Source: Bdellovibrio sp. (GTDB lineage Bacteria; Bdellovibrionota; Bdellovibrionia; Bdellovibrionales; Bdellovibrionaceae). Taken from it: a DNA stretch of 64,000 bases. Below, one piece after another: positions 40,994 through 50,728 of this stretch. The stretch covers positions 160,001 through 224,000 of the forward strand of contig JAKFBS010000011.1 in the NCBI GenBank assembly GCA_036677065.1. Reading direction: 5' to 3'. The notes below the pieces were generated by a model, which was not told the origin of the DNA, did no database searches, and was given only the letters and a program-made list of their open reading frames with translations. Every line of letters starts with the position of its first letter. Position 1 is the stretch's first letter. A program made the position numbers and the translations under genes.

Positions 40994-42090
40994 TATTTAT
41001 TTTTAGTTTGTTTCTTATTCAGGTCGCGCCAGGATTTTCCAGCGCGAGATTTTGGATCAACTTGAAAAGTTTTAACAGCTGCATTGTGCGCATCTAAACT
41101 TTCAGAAAATTGATGAGTGCCATCGTTATGGCTTACGAAAAATAAATACTTAGACGGCAATGGCTTTAATGCCGCTAACAACGCTTCTTTACCCGGATTA
41201 GAAATCGGCGTCGGCGGTAAGCCGTAAATTGTATACGTATTGTGTCTTGTCGGTGTTAATAAATCAGTGCGGGTAATATTTTTTGGCATTTGCCCGCGAG
41301 TTAAAGCCACACCGTACAATACTGTTGGATCAGTTTGCAGGCGCATATTTTTATCTAAGCGATTATGAAACACTGATGAAACTAATGGACGTTCTTCTTT
41401 AGCTCCCGTTTCTTTTTCAACGATACTGGCAAAAGTAACTAACTGGTTACGATTCCATTTTCTTTGTGGAAAAGTTTGGTTAAAAGTCATTATTTCAGGT
41501 TGAATTTCTGAATACACCGCTAAAAACCGGCGCACCATTTGCGTGATGATATCTTTTTGTGAGTCAAATTTTGTTACTTTATAAGTTTCAGGAAACAGAT
41601 AACCTTCTAATGAATCAAGCTTTTCACCTAACAACGATTGAATAAATTCACGATCACGAAACAAGGTAAAAGCTTCTTGTTTGGTGCCGTAATTATTTTT
41701 TTCTAAAAGATCTGCGATATCCCACATATTCAGGCCTTCAGCCACTGTGAAATTTCTGGCAACACTTTTACCAGAAGTGATTACCGCTAAAATTTCATCC
41801 GGAGTCATCGCTGCATTTAATGCGTATTCACCGCGTTTAAGCTTAGGATTCATGCCTCGGTAGCGCGAATACCATTGAAATAACTTTGCACTTTTAACTA
41901 GTTTTGCAGTCTCTAGATTTTGGGCAACTGTAGGCATCGACTGCCCGGGGTTTACATCAAACAATATTTCAGTACTATCGCTGGTTACACCTGTGCGCAA
42001 AAACTGATAGCTGAAATAGGCTAAAGAAATAGATAGAGCAACAACAAATACTGTTGTTGCAGAAAGTATCGTCTTCATTTTTTTATTCAA
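40993..42090 (-). CDS. mltG: Endolytic transglycosylase MltG
   Basis: LEGYLFPETY, ASIVEKET, LQTDPTV, GLPPTPISNPG. Confidence 0.95.
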   Translation of the reverse strand: MNKKMKTILSATTVFVVALSISLAYFSYQFLRTGVTSDSTEILFDVNPGQSMPTVAQNLETAKLVKSAKLFQWYSRYRGMNPKLKRGEYALNAAMTPDEILAVITSGKSVARNFTVAEGLNMWDIADLLEKNNYGTKQEAFTLFRDREFIQSLLGEKLDSLEGYLFPETYKVTKFDSQKDIITQMVRRFLAVYSEIQPEIMTFNQTFPQRKWNRNQLVTFASIVEKETGAKEERPLVSSVFHNRLDKNMRLQTDPTVLYGVALTRGQMPKNITRTDLLTPTRHNTYTIYGLPPTPISNPGKEALLAALKPLPSKYLFFVSHNDGTHQFSESLDAHNAAVKTFQVDPKSRAGKSWRDLNKKQTKNK

Positions 42091-43588
42091 GAGTTACTCC
42101 AGGAAGTAGCTTGGTTTTATCTAAAGTTGTTGGATCTTCTAAACTTGCCATTGGCACTGTTGTGTATTGAACCGCAAAGTGCGCAGATGGGCGGTCATTA
42201 CCAGATTTACCCATGCCACCGAATGGTAAGCGTGAACTTGCACCATTTGTTGTGCGGTTCCAGTTTAATAAACCGACACGCGCTTTTAAAATCGCTTCGT
42301 TATAAAGCTCTTTATTTTTTGTAAATAGCGCCATCGCTAAGCCATAGCCTGTCGAATTCACCATCTCCATCGCGTTATCAAAATCGCTTGAACGATAGAT
42401 AGCAACGTTTGGTCCAAAGATTTCAGTTTTTTGATAAACTGAATTTTTATCAAAACTTTTCACCAAATGAATACTTGGAGTCACGTAGTGACCTTTATTT
42501 TCAAGATCTAAAGCTTTACCGCGCATTAAGTTTTCACAATTTTCACGATTTGCCATCTCTTGAAAACGAATATATTTTTCTACGGCTGCGCCATTAATCA
42601 ACGGGCCCATAAATGGATTTTTTGCCCAGTGACCAATTGTTAATTTTTTTGCCGTTTTATAAAAACGATCTGTAAATTCATCGGCAATTTTATCGTGTAA
42701 AATCACGCGTGAAGTTCCCGAACAACGCTGACCCGTAGACATGTAAGCACCCACGATTGTTTCGTAGACCGCTTTATCCATATCAGTGTCATCCCAAACC
42801 ACAGTTGTATTTTTACCGCCCATTTCAAGCGCTAAGATTTTCCAGTAATGATTTAGCGTTTCTTGTTTGATTTTAAGCCCAACTTCATAAGAACCTGTAA
42901 ATAAAATACCATCAATCGCTTCGTGAGCGACAAGTCTGCGCCCTGTTTCAGCTTCACCATGAATCATATTGAAAACGCCCGCAGGAAATTGCGCTTTTTC
43001 AAAAATTTGCGCGTACAACTGGCCTACATAAGGCGTTTGTTCAGAGGGTTTATAAACAATCGTGTTTCCAGTCACTAAGCCTGGAATAATATGACCATTC
43101 GGTAAATGTGCCGGAAAGTTAAAAGGCCCAATCACCGCCATCACACCACGGGATTTAAAACGAATAACACCTTCTACTTGCGGCAACGCATTTGGAATGT
43201 GTTCTTCTTGAACTAATTTTAATGATTCATTTAATGTTACATCAATTTTTGCAGATAAAGCTTTAGCTTCAGAAGTTGCATCCCATAGAGCTTTACCAGT
43301 ATCACGAGCAATGGCTTCAGCCATTTCAGCTTCGTGAGCAATAAATAATTCTTTTAAACGAAAACAATATTTTTTACGTTCGTCTAAAGAAAGTTTAGCC
43401 CAAGGCATGTAGGCTTTCTTAGCGGCTGTAATCGCCTGTTCAACATGATCTAAACTATAACTGACTGTCATAATTTCATCACTTAAATCTGCCGGAGAAA
43501 TATCTTTAAATTGTCCGTCTGGTTTTTGACCTTTAACGAACTGACCGTTTAAAAAATCACCTAAAAATGGAGTGGTTTTGTACGCCAT
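42083..43588 (-). CDS. astD: Succinylglutamate-semialdehyde dehydrogenase-like ALDH
   Basis: GPFNFPAHLPNGHI, KPSE, FTGS, ALEMGGKN, GQRC, GASSRLPFGG..SGNDRPSA; start at ATG 43588. Confidence 0.88.
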   Translation of the reverse strand: MAYKTTPFLGDFLNGQFVKGQKPDGQFKDISPADLSDEIMTVSYSLDHVEQAITAAKKAYMPWAKLSLDERKKYCFRLKELFIAHEAEMAEAIARDTGKALWDATSEAKALSAKIDVTLNESLKLVQEEHIPNALPQVEGVIRFKSRGVMAVIGPFNFPAHLPNGHIIPGLVTGNTIVYKPSEQTPYVGQLYAQIFEKAQFPAGVFNMIHGEAETGRRLVAHEAIDGILFTGSYEVGLKIKQETLNHYWKILALEMGGKNTTVVWDDTDMDKAVYETIVGAYMSTGQRCSGTSRVILHDKIADEFTDRFYKTAKKLTIGHWAKNPFMGPLINGAAVEKYIRFQEMANRENCENLMRGKALDLENKGHYVTPSIHLVKSFDKNSVYQKTEIFGPNVAIYRSSDFDNAMEMVNSTGYGLAMALFTKNKELYNEAILKARVGLLNWNRTTNGASSRLPFGGMGKSGNDRPSAHFAVQYTTVPMASLEDPTTLDKTKLLPGVTLE

Positions 43589-43592
43589 ACTC

Positions 43593-44621
43593 TTACGCCT
43601 TCTTCCCAAATTCAAAAGGCGTCACAAACACCTCTTGATCTAAATCTAATTTTAAACGGTCACGAGTTTTTGATGGCACGGCAACGTAGCCATCTTGGAT
43701 ATCGTAACCCGATAACATACATTTGAAATCTTCGCTGCCGTAACCAATTAAACCCATTTGTTTATAGGCAGCTTCTTTGCCTTCGCTAACGCGAAGTTTT
43801 TTTCCGGCTTTGATCGGAAGAATATTTTCTGTCTCACAACCATAATGTGGGCCACCATCAAACGGATCCACTTCGTCTAAATATTGAAAGCCAATATTTT
43901 CTAAAAGATGTTGCGCGGGTTTTGTCGCTTCGCCTACACGGCCAAGCACCAAGCGTGCTTTTGAATCTAATAAACTTAAATAAATATCTTCTTCAGGAAA
44001 TAACGACTCAATAAATTCTTTATTGGTTTGTGATAGTGCATCAGCTTCCTGATAGGGTAAGCCGGTAAAACGGCGGCCTAAGGCCTCCCAAAATTCGCTG
44101 CGGCCTTCGTCAGTTAATGGCGGTGTTAATTCACATAACACACGTTTTTCAAAACGATCCGGGTTTAGCGCCATGTACACAAAGCGGCTTAGAGAAATTT
44201 GTTTTCCTAAACGCTCTGGGCGGCGGCGGTACGCTTTATCAACTAACAACCCACCGATTTCAGTTGGCCCGTCAGTGTCTAACTGAAAACGTAATACTTG
44301 ATGAATAAAACCAATTCCTAAATCTTGCGAAAAGTGATCCCGTTTTAAAATTTTAAAATAACAATGGGGCACAGCCTCAGAACCATGTTTGGCAATAATT
44401 AAAGAACTGCCGACAACCATTTGCTCTTCGACGTCTTCAACCACAAAAATATATTCTGATTTATCTTTTGGAAGATCACCAGCGAATGAAGCTTCGCTGC
44501 GGGCAATTTTTTCAGTCAGGATCTTACGATCACCCGGAAGATTTAATAAATTAAATTGCTTCGCTAAATCTGTTAATTGCGTAATATCGTCTTTGCTAAC
44601 CGCTCTTACAATAAAGCTCAT
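43593..44621 (-). CDS. astA: Arginine/ornithine N-succinyltransferase
   Basis: NLP, TEIGGL, GKQISLSRF, GRSEFWEALGRRF, DPFDGGP. Confidence 0.9.
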   Translation of the reverse strand: MSFIVRAVSKDDITQLTDLAKQFNLLNLPGDRKILTEKIARSEASFAGDLPKDKSEYIFVVEDVEEQMVVGSSLIIAKHGSEAVPHCYFKILKRDHFSQDLGIGFIHQVLRFQLDTDGPTEIGGLLVDKAYRRRPERLGKQISLSRFVYMALNPDRFEKRVLCELTPPLTDEGRSEFWEALGRRFTGLPYQEADALSQTNKEFIESLFPEEDIYLSLLDSKARLVLGRVGEATKPAQHLLENIGFQYLDEVDPFDGGPHYGCETENILPIKAGKKLRVSEGKEAAYKQMGLIGYGSEDFKCMLSGYDIQDGYVAVPSKTRDRLKLDLDQEVFVTPFEFGKKA

Positions 44622-46003
44622 AAACAAAACCTTTCGATCATTCTGGTGTAGAACGATGTCATTAATTCTAAATGTTTAATTTCAACGTGTTCATTCGGCG
44701 TATGAACATTGTTTTCTCGTTTACCCGCACCGACACAAATACATTCTATGCCGATTCGCGAAAACAGACTGGCTTCGTTTGTCGAAGCCAGACTTGTGCA
44801 CTGGCTGATTTGTCCAAGTTTTTCTAATTCGGCCAATGCACCTTTAATCAAAACTGACTTTTCATCAGTACGAAACGGACGCTTGTAATCCTGTAAATTG
44901 AATTTTGCGCCTACTTTTTCACAGGCACTCGAAATCATTTGCATCCACTTTTCGTAATCTTCTTGTCTTACATTAGGAAGAATACGGCATGAGCCGCCGA
45001 TCAAAATATGATCGTCAAAAGTTCTGATGATACCGACACTGATCGTTGAATGTTCGGGCATAAAAGCCTTATCGATCACCGATTTCATTTCGTTTTGCAC
45101 ATCAACCATGACGTTATATAAAAAATTAATTTTACGAATCGCCGGGTCTTTAAAAGAAGCCGCAACATCTAATTCGACCATCGCTTGATTGGGAATCATG
45201 TTTTGTCTGGTTCCCGCATCCATATCGACTATCACGACGTTATCTGGCATCTTAGATAAATAATCGAAAAGTTTAAGCGCGGCACTTTCACCTAAATGCG
45301 GTGTTGATGAATGCGCACTTTTACCAGAAAAGATTTTTGACTGCGTTGAAATTGATTCAGACGCTGCGATGTTGTGTTTGTATTCAACTTCTTCTTGCGA
45401 AAAAGGAATACGCATTTCAACTGTGGCATAACCTTTTGCTGCATTAATAATATTTAAATCCGATGGGTCACCAATCAATGCGTATTTTGCATTAATCTTA
45501 TTTTTACGAATTAATTTAAGTGCACCTTGCATTCCGGTTTCTTCACCGAAAGTTCCCACCAACACTGGTTGTAAGGTGTTAAGTTTCATGCTTTTAAATT
45601 GCGTCATCGCTAAAAGTTTGCATAAAAAATCTAATTTTACTTCGGCTGATCCTAACCCATAAATGCGACCGTCTTCAATCACGGCATCAAACGGATTAAA
45701 ATTATTTTTTTTCCATAAAGCGAAATTTCCGGGATCAACAGTATCAAGATGAGCTTGTAATAAAAATTCATTTTGCCCGGTTTGAAAAGGCTGTAAGCGC
45801 ACGATGATATTTGCCTGGGTGATGCCGTTTTGCACTTCTTGCTGAACTTCGACATCAAAGCCAAGCTCGTATGCTATCAAAGATAAATAATCCACCACCT
45901 CAACAGTCGAAGTTTGCGGCGAGCTGTCAAAAGCAATCAGCTTTCGACAGGCGCCGACAAAATCAAATCCTTCAACTGAAGAAGTAGTTTGGGGAGTAAC
46001 CAA
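44618..46003 (-). CDS. M20-family metallo-amidohydrolase (ArgE/DapE-like)
   Basis: AHLDTV, IYGLGSAEVK, GEETG, GKSAHSSTP, VHTPNE; TTG start. Confidence 0.85.
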   Translation of the reverse strand: MVTPQTTSSVEGFDFVGACRKLIAFDSSPQTSTVEVVDYLSLIAYELGFDVEVQQEVQNGITQANIIVRLQPFQTGQNEFLLQAHLDTVDPGNFALWKKNNFNPFDAVIEDGRIYGLGSAEVKLDFLCKLLAMTQFKSMKLNTLQPVLVGTFGEETGMQGALKLIRKNKINAKYALIGDPSDLNIINAAKGYATVEMRIPFSQEEVEYKHNIAASESISTQSKIFSGKSAHSSTPHLGESAALKLFDYLSKMPDNVVIVDMDAGTRQNMIPNQAMVELDVAASFKDPAIRKINFLYNVMVDVQNEMKSVIDKAFMPEHSTISVGIIRTFDDHILIGGSCRILPNVRQEDYEKWMQMISSACEKVGAKFNLQDYKRPFRTDEKSVLIKGALAELEKLGQISQCTSLASTNEASLFSRIGIECICVGAGKRENNVHTPNEHVEIKHLELMTSFYTRMIERFCL

Positions 46004-46005
46004 TC

Positions 46006-47427
46006 TTATAATCCTTCGTGTACCGTTTTTTCGATCACTTCTAAGGCTAAGGCAATATCAGCTTCCTGAATAATTGCCGGCACTAAAAAGCGAATACGAA
46101 CTGGGTCTTTACCGCAAGTAAATGCGATGATGCCATTTTTAAATAATTTTTTAACAAAAGTTTCTGCTTGTTCTTTTTTTCCTTCGAACGGTGTGAATGC
46201 AATCATTAAACCCATACCGCCTGCATCTGATAATAATCCCTTGCAAGTTGTTTCATTTAAACGATTGATCCCTTGAACGAAGTGATTATGAATTTGGTTA
46301 ATGCGGCCGTTTGGTCCAATGTAACCTTCTTCAAGCATTTCTAAAATTTCAAGACCCGCAGTCATTGCACTTGATCCACCAGAAAAAGTTCCCGCTATTA
46401 AGCCTGGTTTAGGATTGTACTCTTCAGTGTAAAGAGTTGCACCTAACTGAACTGTTTTTGCGATGGTTACGATATCAACGTATTCGCCAAGATTCATTGT
46501 TTCAAAAGCAAAAAATTCACCCGTGCGAGCAAAAGTTTGAACTTCATCAGCCCAAACAGCGATATGTTGCTGTTTGCAAAATGCTAACATTGGTTCATAG
46601 AATTCGCGCGGTGTCGGAACAAAGCCGCCTTCACCTAACATTGGCTCAAAAGAAAATGCAGCGATTTGTTTATCAAATTTAGCAGCGTGTTCTTTTAAAG
46701 TGCGAAGCGCAGTCTCAGAAGATTTTGGATCTTTTTTATCAAAGTTTGGAATACGCAAGACTTCATTGTATTCTGGCAGACCTTGTTTATACGCAGGGTT
46801 ATCAGTCACTTCGGCCATCATTGTTGAACGACCGGCAAAAGCATTTTTCATCGCAACGATCATTTTCGCCGGAGAATTTTTTTGGCGCGCCATTTTTACA
46901 GCGTTTTCGTTAGCCATAGTTCCGCACGTTGAAAACCAAGCGTGTTTAAGACGAGAGTTACGACCAGCAATCTGAACTAATTTCTCAGTCAATCTGATGT
47001 ATTCATTGTTTGGTTGAATATTACCTTGCATCACTACATCTGATAAAGCACCGCGAACAGCTGCTTTCATAACACGTGGATGCGAATGACCCATTAAATG
47101 AATTCCGATGCCGTTGATCAAATCCATTTTCACGCTGCCATCTTCTAGTTCAACATACACACCCTGGCCTGCACCTGTGCCAACATACTGGTGATAAAGT
47201 GGACGACCACGAAGTGCACCGATGTGCTCAATTTTATTTTTTGAACGCTCAACTAAAGTTGGTTGAGGTGGTTGAATAGTTTGAATGGCACTGTTGATCA
47301 CCATAACTTCATCCACTAAATCGTTTACAAGACCTTCAACAACGGGATCGTGGTCAAGTTTTCTACCGGTTAATAATTCATCTGTACTTTGCACTTTGGC
47401 GATCGCGCCTTTGATTGCTGATAACAT
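46006..47427 (-). CDS. Class-III PLP aminotransferase (AstC/ArgD-like)
   Basis: CGTMANENAVK, FAGRS, FEPMLGEGG, DEVQT, TIAK, GTFSG; first gene of the ast operon. Confidence 0.88.
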   Translation of the reverse strand: MLSAIKGAIAKVQSTDELLTGRKLDHDPVVEGLVNDLVDEVMVINSAIQTIQPPQPTLVERSKNKIEHIGALRGRPLYHQYVGTGAGQGVYVELEDGSVKMDLINGIGIHLMGHSHPRVMKAAVRGALSDVVMQGNIQPNNEYIRLTEKLVQIAGRNSRLKHAWFSTCGTMANENAVKMARQKNSPAKMIVAMKNAFAGRSTMMAEVTDNPAYKQGLPEYNEVLRIPNFDKKDPKSSETALRTLKEHAAKFDKQIAAFSFEPMLGEGGFVPTPREFYEPMLAFCKQQHIAVWADEVQTFARTGEFFAFETMNLGEYVDIVTIAKTVQLGATLYTEEYNPKPGLIAGTFSGGSSAMTAGLEILEMLEEGYIGPNGRINQIHNHFVQGINRLNETTCKGLLSDAGGMGLMIAFTPFEGKKEQAETFVKKLFKNGIIAFTCGKDPVRIRFLVPAIIQEADIALALEVIEKTVHEGL

Positions 47428-47529
47428 CGTTTTTTCCTCGTAGTTCTAGAGAGTGTTTTTAGGTAGATAGAATACCTTGTTGCGACGAGCTATGACAAGG
47501 AAAGCACTTCATCGTTAGACTTTGGCTAT

Positions 47530-48303
47530 ATGCAGCCAACAGCCGAATTTCAGCAACAGTTTCAAAAGGCGTTATCTCTTCAACAAGAGAAAAAATATGA
47601 CGAGGCTTTAACGGCTTATAAGTCACTTTTAGAGCAAAACCCCGACCTTAGCCAAGATCAAATCGCTGATATTAGCTATAATGCGGCCTTAACCAGCTTT
47701 AATAAACAAAGTTTTTTAGAGAGTTATGTTTATAACCAAAAAGCTATTTTACTAAACCCCCGACATGATCAAGCACTAGAATTAGCAACTAAGATTAAAA
47801 CACAGTTTCAGGTGAAAGCTACACCCCATGATATTTCGCTCATTGAAAATTTAAACAAAGCCGGTCTTCAAGTCGTTCCTGTTGAAGCTTTATGGGTTTT
47901 AGCCACTCTGTTTTTAGTGATTTTTTTGCGCAGTGTTTTCGGGTATTTTTTAAATCGCAAAAAAGAAATTTTAGAGAATTTAAAGTTCAGCCGTTTTTCT
48001 TTTAAGAACTATTTTTGGTTAGTTTTATTTCTGATTTTTTCGTATTTTTCAGGGCTAAAAATCTGGGAAGAACAAATTCCTAAAGCTCTCATTCGTACAG
48101 AACAGGCCTCGTTAAAAACGGCGGCTGGCGAAAACCAAGCGACTTTGGCAGACCTGCCTGGCGGCAGCCTTGTGCACATTTTGCGGGTGGCTAAAATTGA
48201 TGAAATTCTTTATTTTCAAATCAAATATCCGGGGGGAATTTCGGGCTGGGCGAAGAAAGACGATTTGGAGCTTATTTCTGCACCAAATTTGCCCAAGGAC
48301 TAA
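47530..48303 (+). CDS. TPR + TM + SH3-like protein (BatE-like)
   Basis: N-terminal TPR helices, two TM segments, C-terminal QIKYPGGISGWAK. Confidence 0.7.
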   Translation: MQPTAEFQQQFQKALSLQQEKKYDEALTAYKSLLEQNPDLSQDQIADISYNAALTSFNKQSFLESYVYNQKAILLNPRHDQALELATKIKTQFQVKATPHDISLIENLNKAGLQVVPVEALWVLATLFLVIFLRSVFGYFLNRKKEILENLKFSRFSFKNYFWLVLFLIFSYFSGLKIWEEQIPKALIRTEQASLKTAAGENQATLADLPGGSLVHILRVAKIDEILYFQIKYPGGISGWAKKDDLELISAPNLPKD

Positions 48304-48388
48304 CCAAAATCAGACGCGTTAGTGTCTAATTTTTTTGACTTCAATGCCCCCTTGGGTTGATATATTTTCGAGGTCAACTGTGAATTCT

Positions 48389-49135
48389 ATGGCAAGTGTT
48401 AAATCATTGAAATTATTTGTAGTTTCTTTAATGGCGTGGGGCTTTCTTTTCTCGTGCGCCACTCAAGAAAAAGATTTAAATACGGCAGAAGGTCTTTTTG
48501 CTTATGCTAAAGAATTTCAAGATGCTGAACGCTTTGAAGTGGCTTTAGCAAAATACGCTGAAGTTAGAAACAAATTTCCCTACAACAGCTTAGCAACTGA
48601 AGCTGAACTTGCTATTGCTGATGTTCATTATATGCGTGAGTCGTACACTGAATCAGAAGTAGCTTACCAAAATTTTCGCGATCTTCATCCTAAACATCCA
48701 AAATCAGATTACGTTTTATACCGAATTGCCATGAGTTATTACATGCAATTACCTGAAACGATTGATCGTGATCTGACAGTCGGAAAAGATGCGATTTATC
48801 ATTTCAGCGAATTAGTAAAATTATATCCCAAGTCTGAATACGTTGCTGATAGCAAAACTAAACGTGACGAAATCTATTCACGTTTAGCACAAAAAGAAAT
48901 TTACATTGCTGATTTTTATTTTAAACAAGAAAAGTATTCTGCAGCACTACGCAGATACGAATCGACTTTATATAAATTTCCGGGGCTTGGTTTTGAACCA
49001 AGAGCACTTTTCGGTGCAGCTAAATCTGCAAAGTTTATCTCTGACAAGAAAAAGCAAGATCAGCACGCCAACACGTTAACTACAAAATATCCAAATTCTG
49101 ATGAAGCACGATTGTTAAAAAGCGAGGGGCTATAA
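48389..49135 (+). CDS. bamD: Outer-membrane assembly factor BamD
   Basis: Lipobox LFSC; FPYNS, HPKHPKSDYVLY, DRD, YPKSEY, EIYIADFY; start at ATG 48389. Confidence 0.88.
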   Translation: MASVKSLKLFVVSLMAWGFLFSCATQEKDLNTAEGLFAYAKEFQDAERFEVALAKYAEVRNKFPYNSLATEAELAIADVHYMRESYTESEVAYQNFRDLHPKHPKSDYVLYRIAMSYYMQLPETIDRDLTVGKDAIYHFSELVKLYPKSEYVADSKTKRDEIYSRLAQKEIYIADFYFKQEKYSAALRRYESTLYKFPGLGFEPRALFGAAKSAKFISDKKKQDQHANTLTTKYPNSDEARLLKSEGL

Positions 49136-49137
49136 AC

Positions 49138-49863
49138 ATGAGATCTTTTTCTGGACAACTTCTTGATGAAGCTCGTGAAGCCTTTATTGATGGTAAATAC
49201 CAACAGGCCGAACCGCTGTTAATGCAGCCGACGTTAATCAATTCGAACAATCCTGAAATCTATCAAATGTTAGCAACGATCTATTACAATCGCGGCCAAT
49301 TTAATAAAGCGATTAAAACATTTAAAAAAGCTTTAGAAATTGACCCTTCATACAGCGACGCTGCAGTTGGCTTATCAATTATTTTAAATGACCTTGGTAA
49401 ATACGACGAAGCTAAAAAAGTTTTCGAACAGGCGCAAACGATTGTTGATAAGAAAAAATCTTTTCAACAAAGTTCAAACTTAGAAGAAAAAATTGCTTCT
49501 AAACACATTGAAACGGCTGACCTGTACTTGCAAATTCGCCGTTTTGATGAAGCCTTAGAACAGTATATGAAGGCTTATCACTTATCTTCGAAAAAAGGCG
49601 ATATCGCTTTATTAATTTCTGAATGTTACGTGCAAGCTGGACACAAAGAAAAAGCCATCAAAGAATTAAAAGCTGTTATCCAGTACGACAGTAAATTAAT
49701 TAAACCTCGTCTTAAGCTTGGATTAATCCTGTACAACTCGCATATGGTTGCCGAAGCCGTTGAACAGTGGGAAAATATTATTCGCTTAGACCCAAAAAAC
49801 ACTGAAGCCTTACGTTACTTAAAAATGGCTCAGACAACTGGTATTACTAATTTAGATTTTTAA
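49138..49863 (+). CDS. Tetratricopeptide repeat protein
   Basis: Multiple TPRs (AIKTFKKALEIDP, IIRLDPKN). Confidence 0.88.
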   Translation: MRSFSGQLLDEAREAFIDGKYQQAEPLLMQPTLINSNNPEIYQMLATIYYNRGQFNKAIKTFKKALEIDPSYSDAAVGLSIILNDLGKYDEAKKVFEQAQTIVDKKKSFQQSSNLEEKIASKHIETADLYLQIRRFDEALEQYMKAYHLSSKKGDIALLISECYVQAGHKEKAIKELKAVIQYDSKLIKPRLKLGLILYNSHMVAEAVEQWENIIRLDPKNTEALRYLKMAQTTGITNLDF

Positions 49864-49874
49864 AAGGATTTATT

Positions 49875-50393
49875 ATGAAACAAATTCGCGACGAAATGGC
49901 TGCATTTTTAAAACAAGAAGATATCCAAAAATTAGTGGGTAAATTAGCTGCTCAAATCGAAAATGATTATGAAGGCCGTGAAATTATCTTTATCTGCCCA
50001 TTACGCGGTTCAATTCACTTAACGGCAGATCTTATGCGCCGTATTTCATTACCTCAGCAAGTTGATTTCGTTTTTGTTCGCTCGACTGAAAAAGGCGGCG
50101 CGATCAGCATGACAAAAGATATTTCTATAAACATCACAGGCAAAGACGTGATCATCGTTGAAGAGATCATCGATACAGGTCGTACATTAAGTTTTTTAAA
50201 AGACCGTTTATTGGCCGCAAAACCAGCGTCTTTAAAGATCGTAACGTTATTAGATAAGCCCGCACGCCGCGAATTACCGATTCGCGCGGATTACATCGGT
50301 AAAACTATTGAAGATCGTTACGTTGTTGGTTACGGCATGGATAGCGATGAAAAAGGCCGTAACTACTCTGAAATTTACGTTCTTAAGAACTAG
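49875..50393 (+). CDS. hpt: Hypoxanthine phosphoribosyltransferase
   Basis: LRGS, VIIVEEIIDTGRTL, LLDKP, YVVGYGMD..GRN. Confidence 0.88.
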   Translation: MKQIRDEMAAFLKQEDIQKLVGKLAAQIENDYEGREIIFICPLRGSIHLTADLMRRISLPQQVDFVFVRSTEKGGAISMTKDISINITGKDVIIVEEIIDTGRTLSFLKDRLLAAKPASLKIVTLLDKPARRELPIRADYIGKTIEDRYVVGYGMDSDEKGRNYSEIYVLKN

Positions 50394-50429
50394 ATTTTTT
50401 ATCTAAGTAAAAACTGCGTTCACTACAAA

Positions 50430-50611
50430 TAAAGTTAATACGCACACGACGTACAATAGTACGAAATTTTTTGGAATCATCCTTGATCCTCCGCTGTTGT
50501 GCTAAAAATAATTTTTAGCGTGTCTTCCCTTAGTTAGACTAACGTTATGTCCTGTTTTAGGCAAGATAGCCAGTCCATGGTCTAGCCACATATAGCTCTG
50601 ATCTAGACACC
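50430..50611 (-). ncRNA. Candidate CsrB/Rsm-like GGA-rich sRNA
   Basis: Six minus-strand GGA motifs, three in hairpin loops; candidate promoter GAGACT-N17-TATATT upstream; ends approximate. Confidence 0.4.
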
Positions 50612-50640
50612 AGTCCTAATATATAAAGTTTAGTGTTCAC

Positions 50641-50672
50641 AGTCTCATTCTGAGACGTCAAACTATTAGATA
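50641..50672. promoter_or_regulatory. Tandem palindromic operator-like sites (GTC-N9-GAC family)
   Basis: AGTCTCA-TTC-TGAGACG overlapping CGTCAAA-CTA-TTAGATA. Confidence 0.55.
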
Positions 50673-50684
50673 GAGTAACAATAT

Positions 50685-50700
50685 TGGTCTCTACATTGCT
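50685..50700 (+). promoter_or_regulatory. Sigma54 -24/-12 promoter
   Basis: TGGTCTCTACATTGCT, GG-N10-GC, 28 nt before ATG 50729. Confidence 0.6.
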
Positions 50701-50728
50701 GACTAATACTCTAAAGGGGAGAAATCAA

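Noticed and set aside
48323..48340. TGTCTAA...TTGACT as another palindrome copy
   Set aside because: Spacing is one base off and TTGACT may simply be the bamD -35 element
50140..50190. EE instead of ED in the Hpt PRPP-binding loop
   Set aside because: Conservative change with all other motifs intact
50394..50728. Long intergenic region considered as CRISPR array, tRNA or MITE
   Set aside because: No regularly spaced direct repeats, cloverleaf, or terminal inverted repeats with target duplication
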